A DNA stretch of 10,059 nucleotides from a virus, in UHGV virus genome UHGV-0160578, one strand, 5' to 3'. The translations under genes were made by a program, and so were the position numbers. Under the pieces are notes generated by a model, which saw only the letters and a program-made list of their open reading frames with translations, was not told the origin of the DNA and did not search any database. How positions within the stretch are numbered: position 1 is the first letter of the stretch; every line of letters begins with the position of its first letter. Below are positions 1 to 7,540 of this stretch, in pieces.

Positions 1-47
1 GGGGAAACTCTGCCCTTTATGACTGAATTCCGTCTCGGAAAAATGCC

Positions 48-743
48 TCAGGCCTGCGTCAGGTCGAGGCGCTGCTCAGTGGCGCTCAGTTTTTCCTGCA
101 CATGTTCAGCAACAGCGGTCACCGCTTCATGCACATCATTCAGACGGGCGTCATCGCTGGCCTGTTTGCGGCCAAAAATGGATTTCACCTTTTCGGTCAG
201 GGCGGTGAACACGGTTTCAGGCAGGTCTTCAAATTCCAGCTCAACAGGCGTTGCCACTGAAATCAGGTTTTCAGGGCTTAATTTGAAGCGGTTCAGGGGG
301 TTGTGTTTTGCCGTGCGGCAGAATTCCAGGTATTCCGTGCCGAGGCTTGCCGGGTCATCGGTGACGGCCAGACCCACCAGATAACATTTGCCGGTGTTGG
401 CAAAGTTCGGCTGAATTTCCATTGAGGTATAGACCTTCTGCGCGGCCTTGTTCATCGCGATAAGGTCATCGGTCGGGGTGATTTTCGCAAACAGCGCCCA
501 TTTGCCTTTCAGCGCCGAATCATCGTCAATCTTTTCGGCCTTCAGTTCGGCCACATCGCCATAACGTTTAAAAATACCGTCAGGCAGGATGCCGCGCAGA
601 TGCTCCAGGTTAATGCGGCAACCATAGACACGCGGGTCAAAGGTTTCGGCCATTTCCTGAATATCCTGCGCACTGATGACACGCCCGTCACAGGTGTCAC
701 CCTCAACGCCGATACGAAAGAATTTTGAGACTTTTTTTGCCAT
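48..743 (-). CDS. O: Capsid scaffolding protein (P2 gpO family)
   Basis: ORF 48..809 (-). N-terminus from the ATG at 743 (MAKKVSKFFRIGVEGDTCDGR...) matches my recollection of P2 gpO. AGGA lies about 10 nt upstream; the upstream in-frame ATG at 809 has GGAGG directly abutting it, so is an unlikely start. Position is divergent from P as in P2. 231 aa is shorter than the 284 aa I recall for P2 gpO. Confidence 0.82.
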   Translation of the reverse strand: MAKKVSKFFRIGVEGDTCDGRVISAQDIQEMAETFDPRVYGCRINLEHLRGILPDGIFKRYGDVAELKAEKIDDDSALKGKWALFAKITPTDDLIAMNKAAQKVYTSMEIQPNFANTGKCYLVGLAVTDDPASLGTEYLEFCRTAKHNPLNRFKLSPENLISVATPVELEFEDLPETVFTALTEKVKSIFGRKQASDDARLNDVHEAVTAVAEHVQEKLSATEQRLDLTQA

Positions 744-916
744 TGTCAGGAGTCCTGAATAGTGATTAGAGGAGTCACATGTCGGCATCAGTTTCCCGAC
801 GATACGCATCCTCCGCCATCAGTCCCGGATGGCTTATCACTGACACAACAGCACCTTAGCGAATCGCGGGGCGCGACTCAGTAGCCTTGCCGTGTATTCA
901 TCACGGCGAGGTATTC
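744..916. promoter_or_regulatory. Divergent late promoter region between O (leftward) and P (rightward), presumably Ogr/Delta-activated
   Basis: 173-bp intergenic between divergently oriented late genes. Contains dyads GTCGG-N10-CCGAC (781-800), GTGA-N9-TCAC (762-778), CGTG-N7-CACG (891-905) and palindrome TCAGGAgTCCTGA (746-758). No exact TGT-N12-ACA dyad found by eye. Confidence 0.4.
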
Positions 917-2689
917 ATGACCATCACCACAGACACCACTCTTTTACACGACCCGCGTCGTCAGGCGGCGCTGCTGTACTGGCAGGGGTTTTCCGTGCCG
1001 CAGATTGCCGCCATGTTGCAGATGAAACGCCCGACAGTGCAGAGCTGGAAACAGCGCGACGGCAGGGAAAGCGTTGCCCCCATCAGCCGTGTCGAAATGA
1101 GTCTGGAAGCGCGGCTGACCCAGCTCATCATCAAACCGCAGAAAACCGGCGGTGACTTCAAGGAAATTGACCTGCTGGGACGCCAGATTGAACGACTGGC
1201 ACGGGTAAACCGTTACAGCCAGACCGGCAACGAGGCAGACCTTAATCCGAACGTCGCTAACCGCAACAAAGGCGGGCGTCGCAAACCGAAAAAGAATTTT
1301 TTCAGTGACGAGGCCATCGAAAAGCTGGAGCAGATTTTCTTTGAGCAGTCTTTCGAATATCAGTTGCACTGGTATCGCGCCGGGCTTGAGCACCGCATCC
1401 GCGATATCCTGAAATCCCGCCAGATTGGTGCAACGTTTTATTTTTCCCGCGAGGCGCTGCTGCGCGCCCTGAAAACCGGTCATAACCAGATTTTTCTGTC
1501 GGCCAGTAAAACGCAGGCGTATGTGTTCCGCGAATACATCATCGCCTTTGCCCGGCTGGTTGACGTTGACCTGACCGGTGACCCGATTGTCCTGGGCAAT
1601 AACGGCGCAAAACTGATTTTTCTCGGCACCAACTCCAACACCGCACAGAGCCATAACGGTGACCTGTACGTCGACGAGATTTTCTGGATCCCGAATTTTC
1701 AGGTACTGCGTAAGGTGGCATCAGGTATGGCCTCACAGAGTCACCTGCGCTCGACCTATTTCTCCACCCCGTCCACGCTGGCGCACGACGCCTACGCGTT
1801 CTGGTCGGGTGAACTGTTCAACCGGGGACGCGCCAGCGCCGCCGAACGCGTGGAAATCGACGTCAGTCATAACGCCCTTGCCGGAGGTCTTCTCTGTGCG
1901 GACGGCCAGTGGCGGCAGATTGTCACCATTGAGGATGCCCTGAAAGGCGGCTGCACGCTGTTCGACATTGAGCAGCTCAAACGTGAAAACAGCGCCGACG
2001 ATTTTAAAAACCTGTTCATGTGTGAATTTGTTGACGACAAGGCGTCGGTGTTCCCGTTCGAGGAGCTGCAACGCTGCATGGTCGACACGCTGGAAGAATG
2101 GGAAGACTATGCGCCGTTTGCCGCAAATCCGTTCGGCTCCCGCCCGGTATGGATTGGTTACGACCCGTCACACCGTGGCGACAGCGCCGGATGCGTGGTA
2201 CTGGCACCGCCGGTGGTGGCCGGTGGCAAATTCAGAATACTTGAGCGTCACCAGTGGAAAGGCATGGACTTTGCCACCCAGGCTGAATCCATCCGCAAAC
2301 TCACCGAAAAATACAACGTCGAATACATCGGTATTGATGCCACCGGCCTCGGTGTCGGCGTGTTCCAGCTCGTGCGCTCGTTCTATCCCGCCGCGCGTGA
2401 TATCCGCTACACGCCGGAAATGAAAACCGCAATGGTGCTCAAGGCAAAAGACGTTATCCGCCGTGGCTGTCTGGAATATGACGTCAGCGCCACCGACATC
2501 ACCAGCTCGTTTATGGCTATCCGCAAGACCATGACCAGCAGCGGACGCAGCGCCACCTATGAGGCCAGCCGCAGCGAGGAAGCCAGCCACGCCGACCTCG
2601 CCTGGGCGACCATGCACGCCCTGTTAAATGAGCCACTCACCGCCGGTATCAGCACCCCGCTGACATCCACCATTCTGGAGTTTTACTGA
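917..2689 (+). CDS. P: Terminase large subunit / ATPase (P2 gpP family)
   Basis: ORF 887..2689. ATG at 917 preceded by GGCGAGG (904-910) gives 590 aa, the size of P2 gpP. N-terminus MTITTDTTLLHDPRRQAALLYWQGFSVPQIAAM as recalled for gpP. Stop overlaps Q start (TGATG). Confidence 0.9.
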   Translation: MTITTDTTLLHDPRRQAALLYWQGFSVPQIAAMLQMKRPTVQSWKQRDGRESVAPISRVEMSLEARLTQLIIKPQKTGGDFKEIDLLGRQIERLARVNRYSQTGNEADLNPNVANRNKGGRRKPKKNFFSDEAIEKLEQIFFEQSFEYQLHWYRAGLEHRIRDILKSRQIGATFYFSREALLRALKTGHNQIFLSASKTQAYVFREYIIAFARLVDVDLTGDPIVLGNNGAKLIFLGTNSNTAQSHNGDLYVDEIFWIPNFQVLRKVASGMASQSHLRSTYFSTPSTLAHDAYAFWSGELFNRGRASAAERVEIDVSHNALAGGLLCADGQWRQIVTIEDALKGGCTLFDIEQLKRENSADDFKNLFMCEFVDDKASVFPFEELQRCMVDTLEEWEDYAPFAANPFGSRPVWIGYDPSHRGDSAGCVVLAPPVVAGGKFRILERHQWKGMDFATQAESIRKLTEKYNVEYIGIDATGLGVGVFQLVRSFYPAARDIRYTPEMKTAMVLKAKDVIRRGCLEYDVSATDITSSFMAIRKTMTSSGRSATYEASRSEEASHADLAWATMHALLNEPLTAGISTPLTSTILEFY

Positions 2690-3723
2690 TGAGTAAGAAA
2701 AAAGGGAAAACACCGCAGCCAGCGGTGAAAACAATGACCGCCAGCGCCCCGAAAATGGAGGCATTCACCTTTGGTGAGCCGGTGCCGGTACTCGACCGCC
2801 GTGACATTCTGGATTACGTCGAGTGCATCAGTAACGGCAGATGGTATGAGCCACCGGTCAGCTTTACCGGTCTGGCGAAAAGCCTGCGTGCTGCCGTGCA
2901 TCACAGCTCACCGATTTACGTCAAACGTAATATTCTGGCTTCAACGTTTATCCCGCACCCGTGGCTTTCCCAGCAGGATTTCAGCCGTTTTGTGCTGGAT
3001 TTTCTGGTGTTCGGTAATGCGTTTCTGGAAAAGCGCTACAGCACCACCGGTAAGGTCATCAGACTGGAAACCTCACCGGCAAAATATACCCGCCGTGGTG
3101 TGGAAGAGGATGTTTACTGGTGGGTGCCGTCCTTTAACGAGCCGACACCTTTCGCGCCCGGCTCCGTGTTTCACCTGCTGGAGCCGGATATTAATCAGGA
3201 GCTGTACGGTCTGCCGGAATATCTCAGCGCCCTTAATTCTGCCTGGCTGAATGAGTCGGCCACGCTGTTCCGCCGCAAGTATTACGAAAATGGCGCACAT
3301 GCCGGATACATCATGTACGTCACCGATGCCGTGCAGGATCGCAACGATATCGAAATGCTTCGCGAAAACATGGTGAAGTCGAAAGGCCGCAACAACTTTA
3401 AAAACCTGTTTCTCTATGCCCCACAAGGGAAAGCCGACGGCATTAAAATTATCCCGCTCAGTGAAGTGGCAACGAAGGATGATTTTTTTAATATCAAAAA
3501 AGCCAGTGCCGCAGACCTGCTGGACGCGCACCGCATCCCCTTTCAGTTGATGGGCGGCAAGCCGGAGAACGTCGGGTCGCTGGGTGATATTGAGAAAGTG
3601 GCAAAGGTCTTTGTCCGCAATGAGCTTATCCCGTTACAGGACAGGATCCGCGAGATAAACGGCTGGCTCGGTCAGGAGGTCATCCGCTTTAAAAACTACT
3701 CACTGGACACTGACAACGGCTGA
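2689..3723 (+). CDS. Q: Portal protein (P2 gpQ family)
   Basis: 344-aa ORF, same length as P2 gpQ. Start ATG overlaps the P stop (TGATG at 2687-2691). Followed by a strong terminator and the cos site, as in P2. Confidence 0.9.
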   Translation: MSKKKGKTPQPAVKTMTASAPKMEAFTFGEPVPVLDRRDILDYVECISNGRWYEPPVSFTGLAKSLRAAVHHSSPIYVKRNILASTFIPHPWLSQQDFSRFVLDFLVFGNAFLEKRYSTTGKVIRLETSPAKYTRRGVEEDVYWWVPSFNEPTPFAPGSVFHLLEPDINQELYGLPEYLSALNSAWLNESATLFRRKYYENGAHAGYIMYVTDAVQDRNDIEMLRENMVKSKGRNNFKNLFLYAPQGKADGIKIIPLSEVATKDDFFNIKKASAADLLDAHRIPFQLMGGKPENVGSLGDIEKVAKVFVRNELIPLQDRIREINGWLGQEVIRFKNYSLDTDNG

Positions 3724-3727
3724 ACAT

Positions 3728-3750
3728 CGCCGCCTGCGGGCGGCTTTTTT
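3728..3750 (+). terminator. Rho-independent terminator downstream of Q
   Basis: GC stem GCCGCC (3729-3734) / GGCGGC (3739-3744) with loop TGCG, followed by TTTTTT (3745-3750), 5 nt after the Q stop codon. Confidence 0.7.
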
Positions 3751-3892
3751 ACACCCCGTCATCACGCCCTCACACGCTCACCACCGCACAAAACAGCCCG
3801 CAGACACACCAACGCCCCGGCAGGCCGACTAAACGCCATCACGACGCGCTCAGACGCTGAAAAAATAAAATCAGCACCACCGCCAGCGCGCA

Positions 3893-3911
3893 GTGCTTTC
3901 CCCGCCTCGCC
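3893..3911. other. cos: cos site (19-nt cohesive end core; reverse complement GGCGAGGCGGGGAAAGCAC)
   Basis: Plus strand GTGCTTTCCCCGCCTCGCC; its reverse complement matches the P2 cohesive-end sequence as I recall it. Location immediately downstream of Q/terminator is as expected. Confidence 0.6.
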
Positions 3912-4039
3912 TGCCCGCTTTATGGGTCGATTTTAATGCAAGTGCACGAACACACTGGAGACGCACCAGTACTGGCGGTGGTCACGTAGATCCGCCCCTT
4001 AAAAGCCATGCAGAATAATGCAACTATTGCGGGCGTCGG

Positions 4040-4459
4040 CTAATCATCTTCTAAAGGTGGAATTTTGATGCCACTAATTAGCAGTACTTTCCGGTATGCC
4101 TCAAAAATAATGTTGTGTGTTTTTTGTAAATCATCGAGCATTTTTTGCCGTCCTGCTGGGGTATCTTTGGCGAAATTATGAGCGCGAAAAAAATCATGTG
4201 CCAAGTAGTTTCGAGCTGATAGAGCCAGTTCTACATGTTGTAGCGTTTCATCATCTGCCACCCCTTTTTTACGCAATAAATTGCTTAGTCTGCCTAATGT
4301 TAACTTATCAAATTTTAAGAATTTTTCTTTTAATGTTGGAATGTCTTCGCCTTGCTTCATTTCATGTTCGATAAGGACATTAATCAGTTCAACTTCCAAC
4401 AATTGTGCAGCTTCTGAGGTGTAACCGAACTTCCAAAAGACTTCATCAAGCGTTGCCAT
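4040..4459 (-). CDS. Hypothetical 139-aa protein, AT-rich; possible HEPN-like (R-x4-H motif) accessory/defense candidate
   Basis: ORF 4040..4468 (-); first ATG at 4459 (MATLDEVFWKFG...). Sits in an approximately 36% GC island (about 4030-4500) inside an otherwise roughly 55% GC phage. Predicted helical; motif S81-A-R83-N-Y-L-A-H88-D-F. Function not recognised. Confidence 0.6.
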   Translation of the reverse strand: MATLDEVFWKFGYTSEAAQLLEVELINVLIEHEMKQGEDIPTLKEKFLKFDKLTLGRLSNLLRKKGVADDETLQHVELALSARNYLAHDFFRAHNFAKDTPAGRQKMLDDLQKTHNIIFEAYRKVLLISGIKIPPLEDD

Positions 4460-4596
4460 GTGTTCCACTCAAGATAAATGCAGGTTATGAAAAAGAAGAA
4501 TGATGATGGAAATTCCAGATGAAGTCTAACGCCTCGCTCCGCTCGTTGTTCAACCCCGCCAGCCCTGAAAACAAGTTTCACGACTGGCGGCGTTCT

Positions 4597-4803
4597 CTAT
4601 CGTCTGCGTGGTGGTGGCGTAACTCTTGATTGACCGATATGGTTAAACCGCCCGTAATTATCCCGGACTATTTCGGCACACACGACCAGCTCATCGGGCG
4701 TCAGATTTTCGTTGACCATAATCCGCTGTAAACGCTGAACAATAGCCATCAGCTTGATATTTTTAGTTTTATGGTGCGGTATCTCGCCTGGTATTCTGTG
4801 CAT
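4597..4803 (-). CDS. Hypothetical small protein (68 aa)
   Basis: ORF 4597..4815 (-). ATG at 4803 overlaps the stop of the upstream ASCH gene (TAATG), suggesting translational coupling. No recognisable domain; only ORF in this interval. Confidence 0.4.
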   Translation of the reverse strand: MHRIPGEIPHHKTKNIKLMAIVQRLQRIMVNENLTPDELVVCAEIVRDNYGRFNHIGQSRVTPPPRRR

Positions 4804-5255
4804 TATCCAAGCCACCCGTTTTGCTGTGCACGCTCCATCTGTTCATCTGAATAGTTCCATGCTCCATCCGTGGCAACCATTGCCCCGCCAGACATCCCCG
4901 TCTCTGGTTCATACATAACAGCAAGGCCGAGCTGATGCATAATTTCATGATTAATTCTGAATACCAGACCACGCTCACTAAGTTCTTTCCAGTTCACAAT
5001 CTCATATGCGCCTGTATTAAGCCGCTCAATACTTAGCAAGACATAATCTTCCAGCCAGTCTGACAGGTCAGTAACATCTGTTATCCGGGCTTCAACCTTT
5101 CGCCCCGTATACACACCCTGCACCCATTCATGCAAAATCAACGTGTCCCCGCGCTCATAATTACGGTCATTTTTCCGAAACTCTGCACGTTTATGTCCTT
5201 CCAGCACAAGGTCGAAATATTTTGCGTGCAGCTTTACCTCGTGAATTTTTGCCAT
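4803..5255 (-). CDS. ASCH / DUF3850-like domain protein (150 aa)
   Basis: ORF 4803..5291 (-). ATG at 5255 overlaps the A stop codon (TAATG); GGAGTGG RBS about 8 nt upstream. N-terminal signature HEVKL..KYFDLVLEGHKRAEFRKNDRNYERGDTLILHEW resembles DUF3850/ASCH (PUA-like fold). Lower GC (roughly 47%) than core genes. Confidence 0.72.
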   Translation of the reverse strand: MAKIHEVKLHAKYFDLVLEGHKRAEFRKNDRNYERGDTLILHEWVQGVYTGRKVEARITDVTDLSDWLEDYVLLSIERLNTGAYEIVNWKELSERGLVFRINHEIMHQLGLAVMYEPETGMSGGAMVATDGAWNYSDEQMERAQQNGWLG

Positions 5256-7540
5256 TATGTCCACTCCATTACTGTTGAGAATCCCGGCCACTCATCAGCG
5301 ACCGGATACGTGAATTTTTTCCCGTCGTAATTTACGGTTGCCCCACGCGCCAGCGCCTCAAGCTCCCATCGCTGAGGCCTGATACCGTTCTGAGCAAGGT
5401 CAACACGGATACGGGTAATTTGCATTCTTTCCGACCGGGTCAGTCTGGCCGATGGTGCAATTTCATGCGGTTTTAACGGGCTTCCGTTTCTTTGCTGACG
5501 ATTTGGTGTTCTCATGTCGTGTTTTAATGCGCCCCTGAGCGCCCTCACGACCTCCTGGTCATTCCATTCGATAACACCGTCATCAACCAGATTAAGCACT
5601 GCTGCGGCGTGTTCAGAAGGTGTGGGAGCCGGTAACGAAGCATCACCGCCGGTGAACTTTCCACAGTTATTGACAGGACTCCGAGGCGCGGCGATGCCGC
5701 TTTTTAAAGTCAAAGGCTCAACGACCGGAACTTTCGGCACAATGCGCCAGTCCGTCGTTCTGGTGATATGAATATGACGCGCGCCGAGATGCGGCGCGTA
5801 AATGCCGACCACTCTCTCGACTTCTTCCTCGTACTCGTTAACGTCATCCGACGGGCTACGGGCGACCCTGACAGTCTGACAATCGCGCGGGACATTTGCC
5901 CCACCCTGCGCGCTGATATACAACGCAAAATCACCACTGTCTGCGGCGGCGCGTGCAGCCTCGACGCGTTCGTCAAACTCATCAGCAATGCTGACGCCGC
6001 GAGGCAATTTGCGTAGTTCACGGTAAGCCCCCATTGTCGGCAGGCCAACCGTTTTAAATTGCGGAATGCGCCACGTTGACGCCCATGCGGTAACAGCCGC
6101 GGCAGTATCTTTCAGCGGCCTGCCAGTATCGTTATCGAGCTGACCATCCAGTGCATAGCCGTCGATGTTTTTTGAGATGTATTTCGCGATATATCCCGCA
6201 GCACCGCCCCGGTTAAGGTGTTTTGCCTGAAAACGGTTTCGCGCAGCGCCTCTTTCGTCACCATCCTCTTTGAGCGCATAGCGACGCATGATTTCGATAA
6301 TCTGGTTACGCTGGCGTGGATTACAAAAAAGCATCATATGCCAGTGCGGCGTTCCGTCGTGGTGTGGCTCGACGACACGCAAACCGTAGACCTGTAAATC
6401 ATTATCCTTGAATGCCGTGCGCATCAGGCTCCAGATACGGCAGAGATAACGCTGCGCATCCTTTGGATTAAATGCCTCATCGTTCCAGCCGTGATTAAGC
6501 TGAACGGTTTTACTTTCGCCTTTTCCGACCTGACGTGTCGGGTGATACTTTGACGGCGCGGTCAGCGTGATAAACATCCCCACATCACCCTCTGCGGCGG
6601 CGTAACGCTCAATACCGGCAATGGTGTTCATCAGCTCCATCCGGCGAATTTCAGGATTAGAAATACTGCCCATCACCTTACTGATAAGGTCGATGCGCTC
6701 GCCGGTTTCCCTGTTTTCAAGGTCACACGATTTAAGAAATTCCAGATTTGCCTGGCGGCGCGCACGCACATCACGAATGGCATGTTTACTGGCATAAGGA
6801 GAACGGTCTTTATTGACCTCCCCGACAGCAATCAGTAACGCCTCATGCCAGCGCATACGCTGGCCTTTAAGCTGATGAGTCCACCACTCATCGTTAAACA
6901 GACGGGCAATGGCAGAATATGCCTGCCTCGTGGTTATCTGTCCTTTACGGTATTTTTTCCAGTAGAGCGGGGAAATATTGAAAGCACGTGCAGCGCCAGC
7001 AACATGACCATACAGATGATCCTGCGCCTCATCCGTAAACAGCGATTCTTTTTCGCCATGCGCATCCACCCAGGCATCGCAGAGTTCCTCATACATCATG
7101 AAAAGCTGCGATGAGATACGGGCGGCAAACTTTTTCAGCTCCTTGTCATTCATCCCCGGCAGACGCGCATAATGGTCACGCTCTGCCAAAAACAGCAACG
7201 ACGCGTCGGTGTTCATTTCATGGCGCTGATTCACACGCTCAATGCGCGGCCATAAACGACGCTGAAAAGTGGATGTGAGGAAATAAAACCCGTGCACCGG
7301 GCTTTTATTGCGCCGGATGTAGTCATAGCGTGAAGTAAACAGCGAGCGCAAAAAGTAAGGCAGGCGGTTAATCGTGGATAAAACACCTTGCACCTGACGC
7401 ATCTCATCACGTGTAAGGGGTCTTTCGCGCCCGACAGCCTCGCGTGGCGCGTTCCATGCATAAGCACCGGCAAACGTCTTACCGGTGCCTGCGGCAAATG
7501 CTGACGGAGGGACAAAACGCCCGGAGGCTTTAACGGCCAT
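5255..7540 (-). CDS. A: Replication initiation protein, rolling-circle HUH endonuclease (P2 gpA family)
   Basis: ATG at 7540 gives 761 aa, the size of P2 gpA. N-terminus MAVKASGRFVPPSAF as recalled. HUH motif (PHWHMMLF) and paired tyrosines (GYIAKYISK) typical of rolling-circle initiators. The track's longer ORF uses a TTG at 7582. Confidence 0.9.
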   Translation of the reverse strand: MAVKASGRFVPPSAFAAGTGKTFAGAYAWNAPREAVGRERPLTRDEMRQVQGVLSTINRLPYFLRSLFTSRYDYIRRNKSPVHGFYFLTSTFQRRLWPRIERVNQRHEMNTDASLLFLAERDHYARLPGMNDKELKKFAARISSQLFMMYEELCDAWVDAHGEKESLFTDEAQDHLYGHVAGAARAFNISPLYWKKYRKGQITTRQAYSAIARLFNDEWWTHQLKGQRMRWHEALLIAVGEVNKDRSPYASKHAIRDVRARRQANLEFLKSCDLENRETGERIDLISKVMGSISNPEIRRMELMNTIAGIERYAAAEGDVGMFITLTAPSKYHPTRQVGKGESKTVQLNHGWNDEAFNPKDAQRYLCRIWSLMRTAFKDNDLQVYGLRVVEPHHDGTPHWHMMLFCNPRQRNQIIEIMRRYALKEDGDERGAARNRFQAKHLNRGGAAGYIAKYISKNIDGYALDGQLDNDTGRPLKDTAAAVTAWASTWRIPQFKTVGLPTMGAYRELRKLPRGVSIADEFDERVEAARAAADSGDFALYISAQGGANVPRDCQTVRVARSPSDDVNEYEEEVERVVGIYAPHLGARHIHITRTTDWRIVPKVPVVEPLTLKSGIAAPRSPVNNCGKFTGGDASLPAPTPSEHAAAVLNLVDDGVIEWNDQEVVRALRGALKHDMRTPNRQQRNGSPLKPHEIAPSARLTRSERMQITRIRVDLAQNGIRPQRWELEALARGATVNYDGKKFTYPVADEWPGFSTVMEWT
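5670..5689 (-). other. ori: Putative origin nick site (ori) for the A protein, internal to gene A
   Basis: Minus-strand sequence GCGCCTCGGAGTCCTGTCAA matches my recollection of the P2 ori nick-site region, which lies within the 3' part of gene A. From memory only, not verified. Confidence 0.45.

Noticed and set aside
19-384. 121-aa plus-strand ORF overlapping the scaffold gene O in antisense
   Set aside because: Lies entirely within the well-supported O coding region on the opposite strand; Ser/Arg/Cys-rich low-complexity translation typical of antisense frames in GC-rich genes.
944-2617. Several minus-strand and alternate-frame ORFs (944..1654, 1733..2071, 1968..2423, 2168..2617 and others) inside the terminase gene P
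   Set aside because: All are embedded in the 590-aa P reading frame, which matches a known protein family and length; no RBS support; products are low-complexity.
2771-3531. ORFs 2771..3250 (+) and 3073..3531 (-) inside portal gene Q
   Set aside because: Overlap the well-supported Q frame; no independent start signals.
4117-4374. 85-aa plus-strand ORF antisense to the AT-rich 139-aa gene
   Set aside because: AT-rich DNA readily yields hydrophobic spurious ORFs; it lies fully inside the better-supported minus-strand gene and lacks an RBS.
4384-4581. 65-aa minus-strand ORF overlapping the start of the 139-aa gene
   Set aside because: Out of frame with and overlapping the upstream end of the 139-aa gene; it would occupy the gene's likely promoter/leader region; low-complexity product.
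4556-4590. Inverted repeat CCGCCAG ... CTGGCGG (7-bp arms, 21-nt spacer) just downstream of the 68-aa ORF
   Set aside because: Long loop and no following U-tract on either strand; not convincing as a terminator, so not called as a feature.
4769-4978. 69-aa minus-strand ORF overlapping the ASCH gene in another frame
   Set aside because: Embedded within the ASCH/DUF3850 ORF, which has a recognisable domain signature and coupling to A.
4803-5255. Interpreting the HEIMH motif in the ASCH protein tail as a zinc metallopeptidase domain
   Set aside because: Only about 50 residues follow the ASCH-like region, too few for a zincin fold, and HExxH occurs by chance fairly often; kept as a caveat, not a call.
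5514-7114. Plus- and minus-strand ORFs inside gene A (5514..5771, 5710..6048, 5768..6016, 6845..7114) and 7231..7563
   Set aside because: All lie within the 761-aa A reading frame, whose identity is supported by HUH/Tyr motifs and length.
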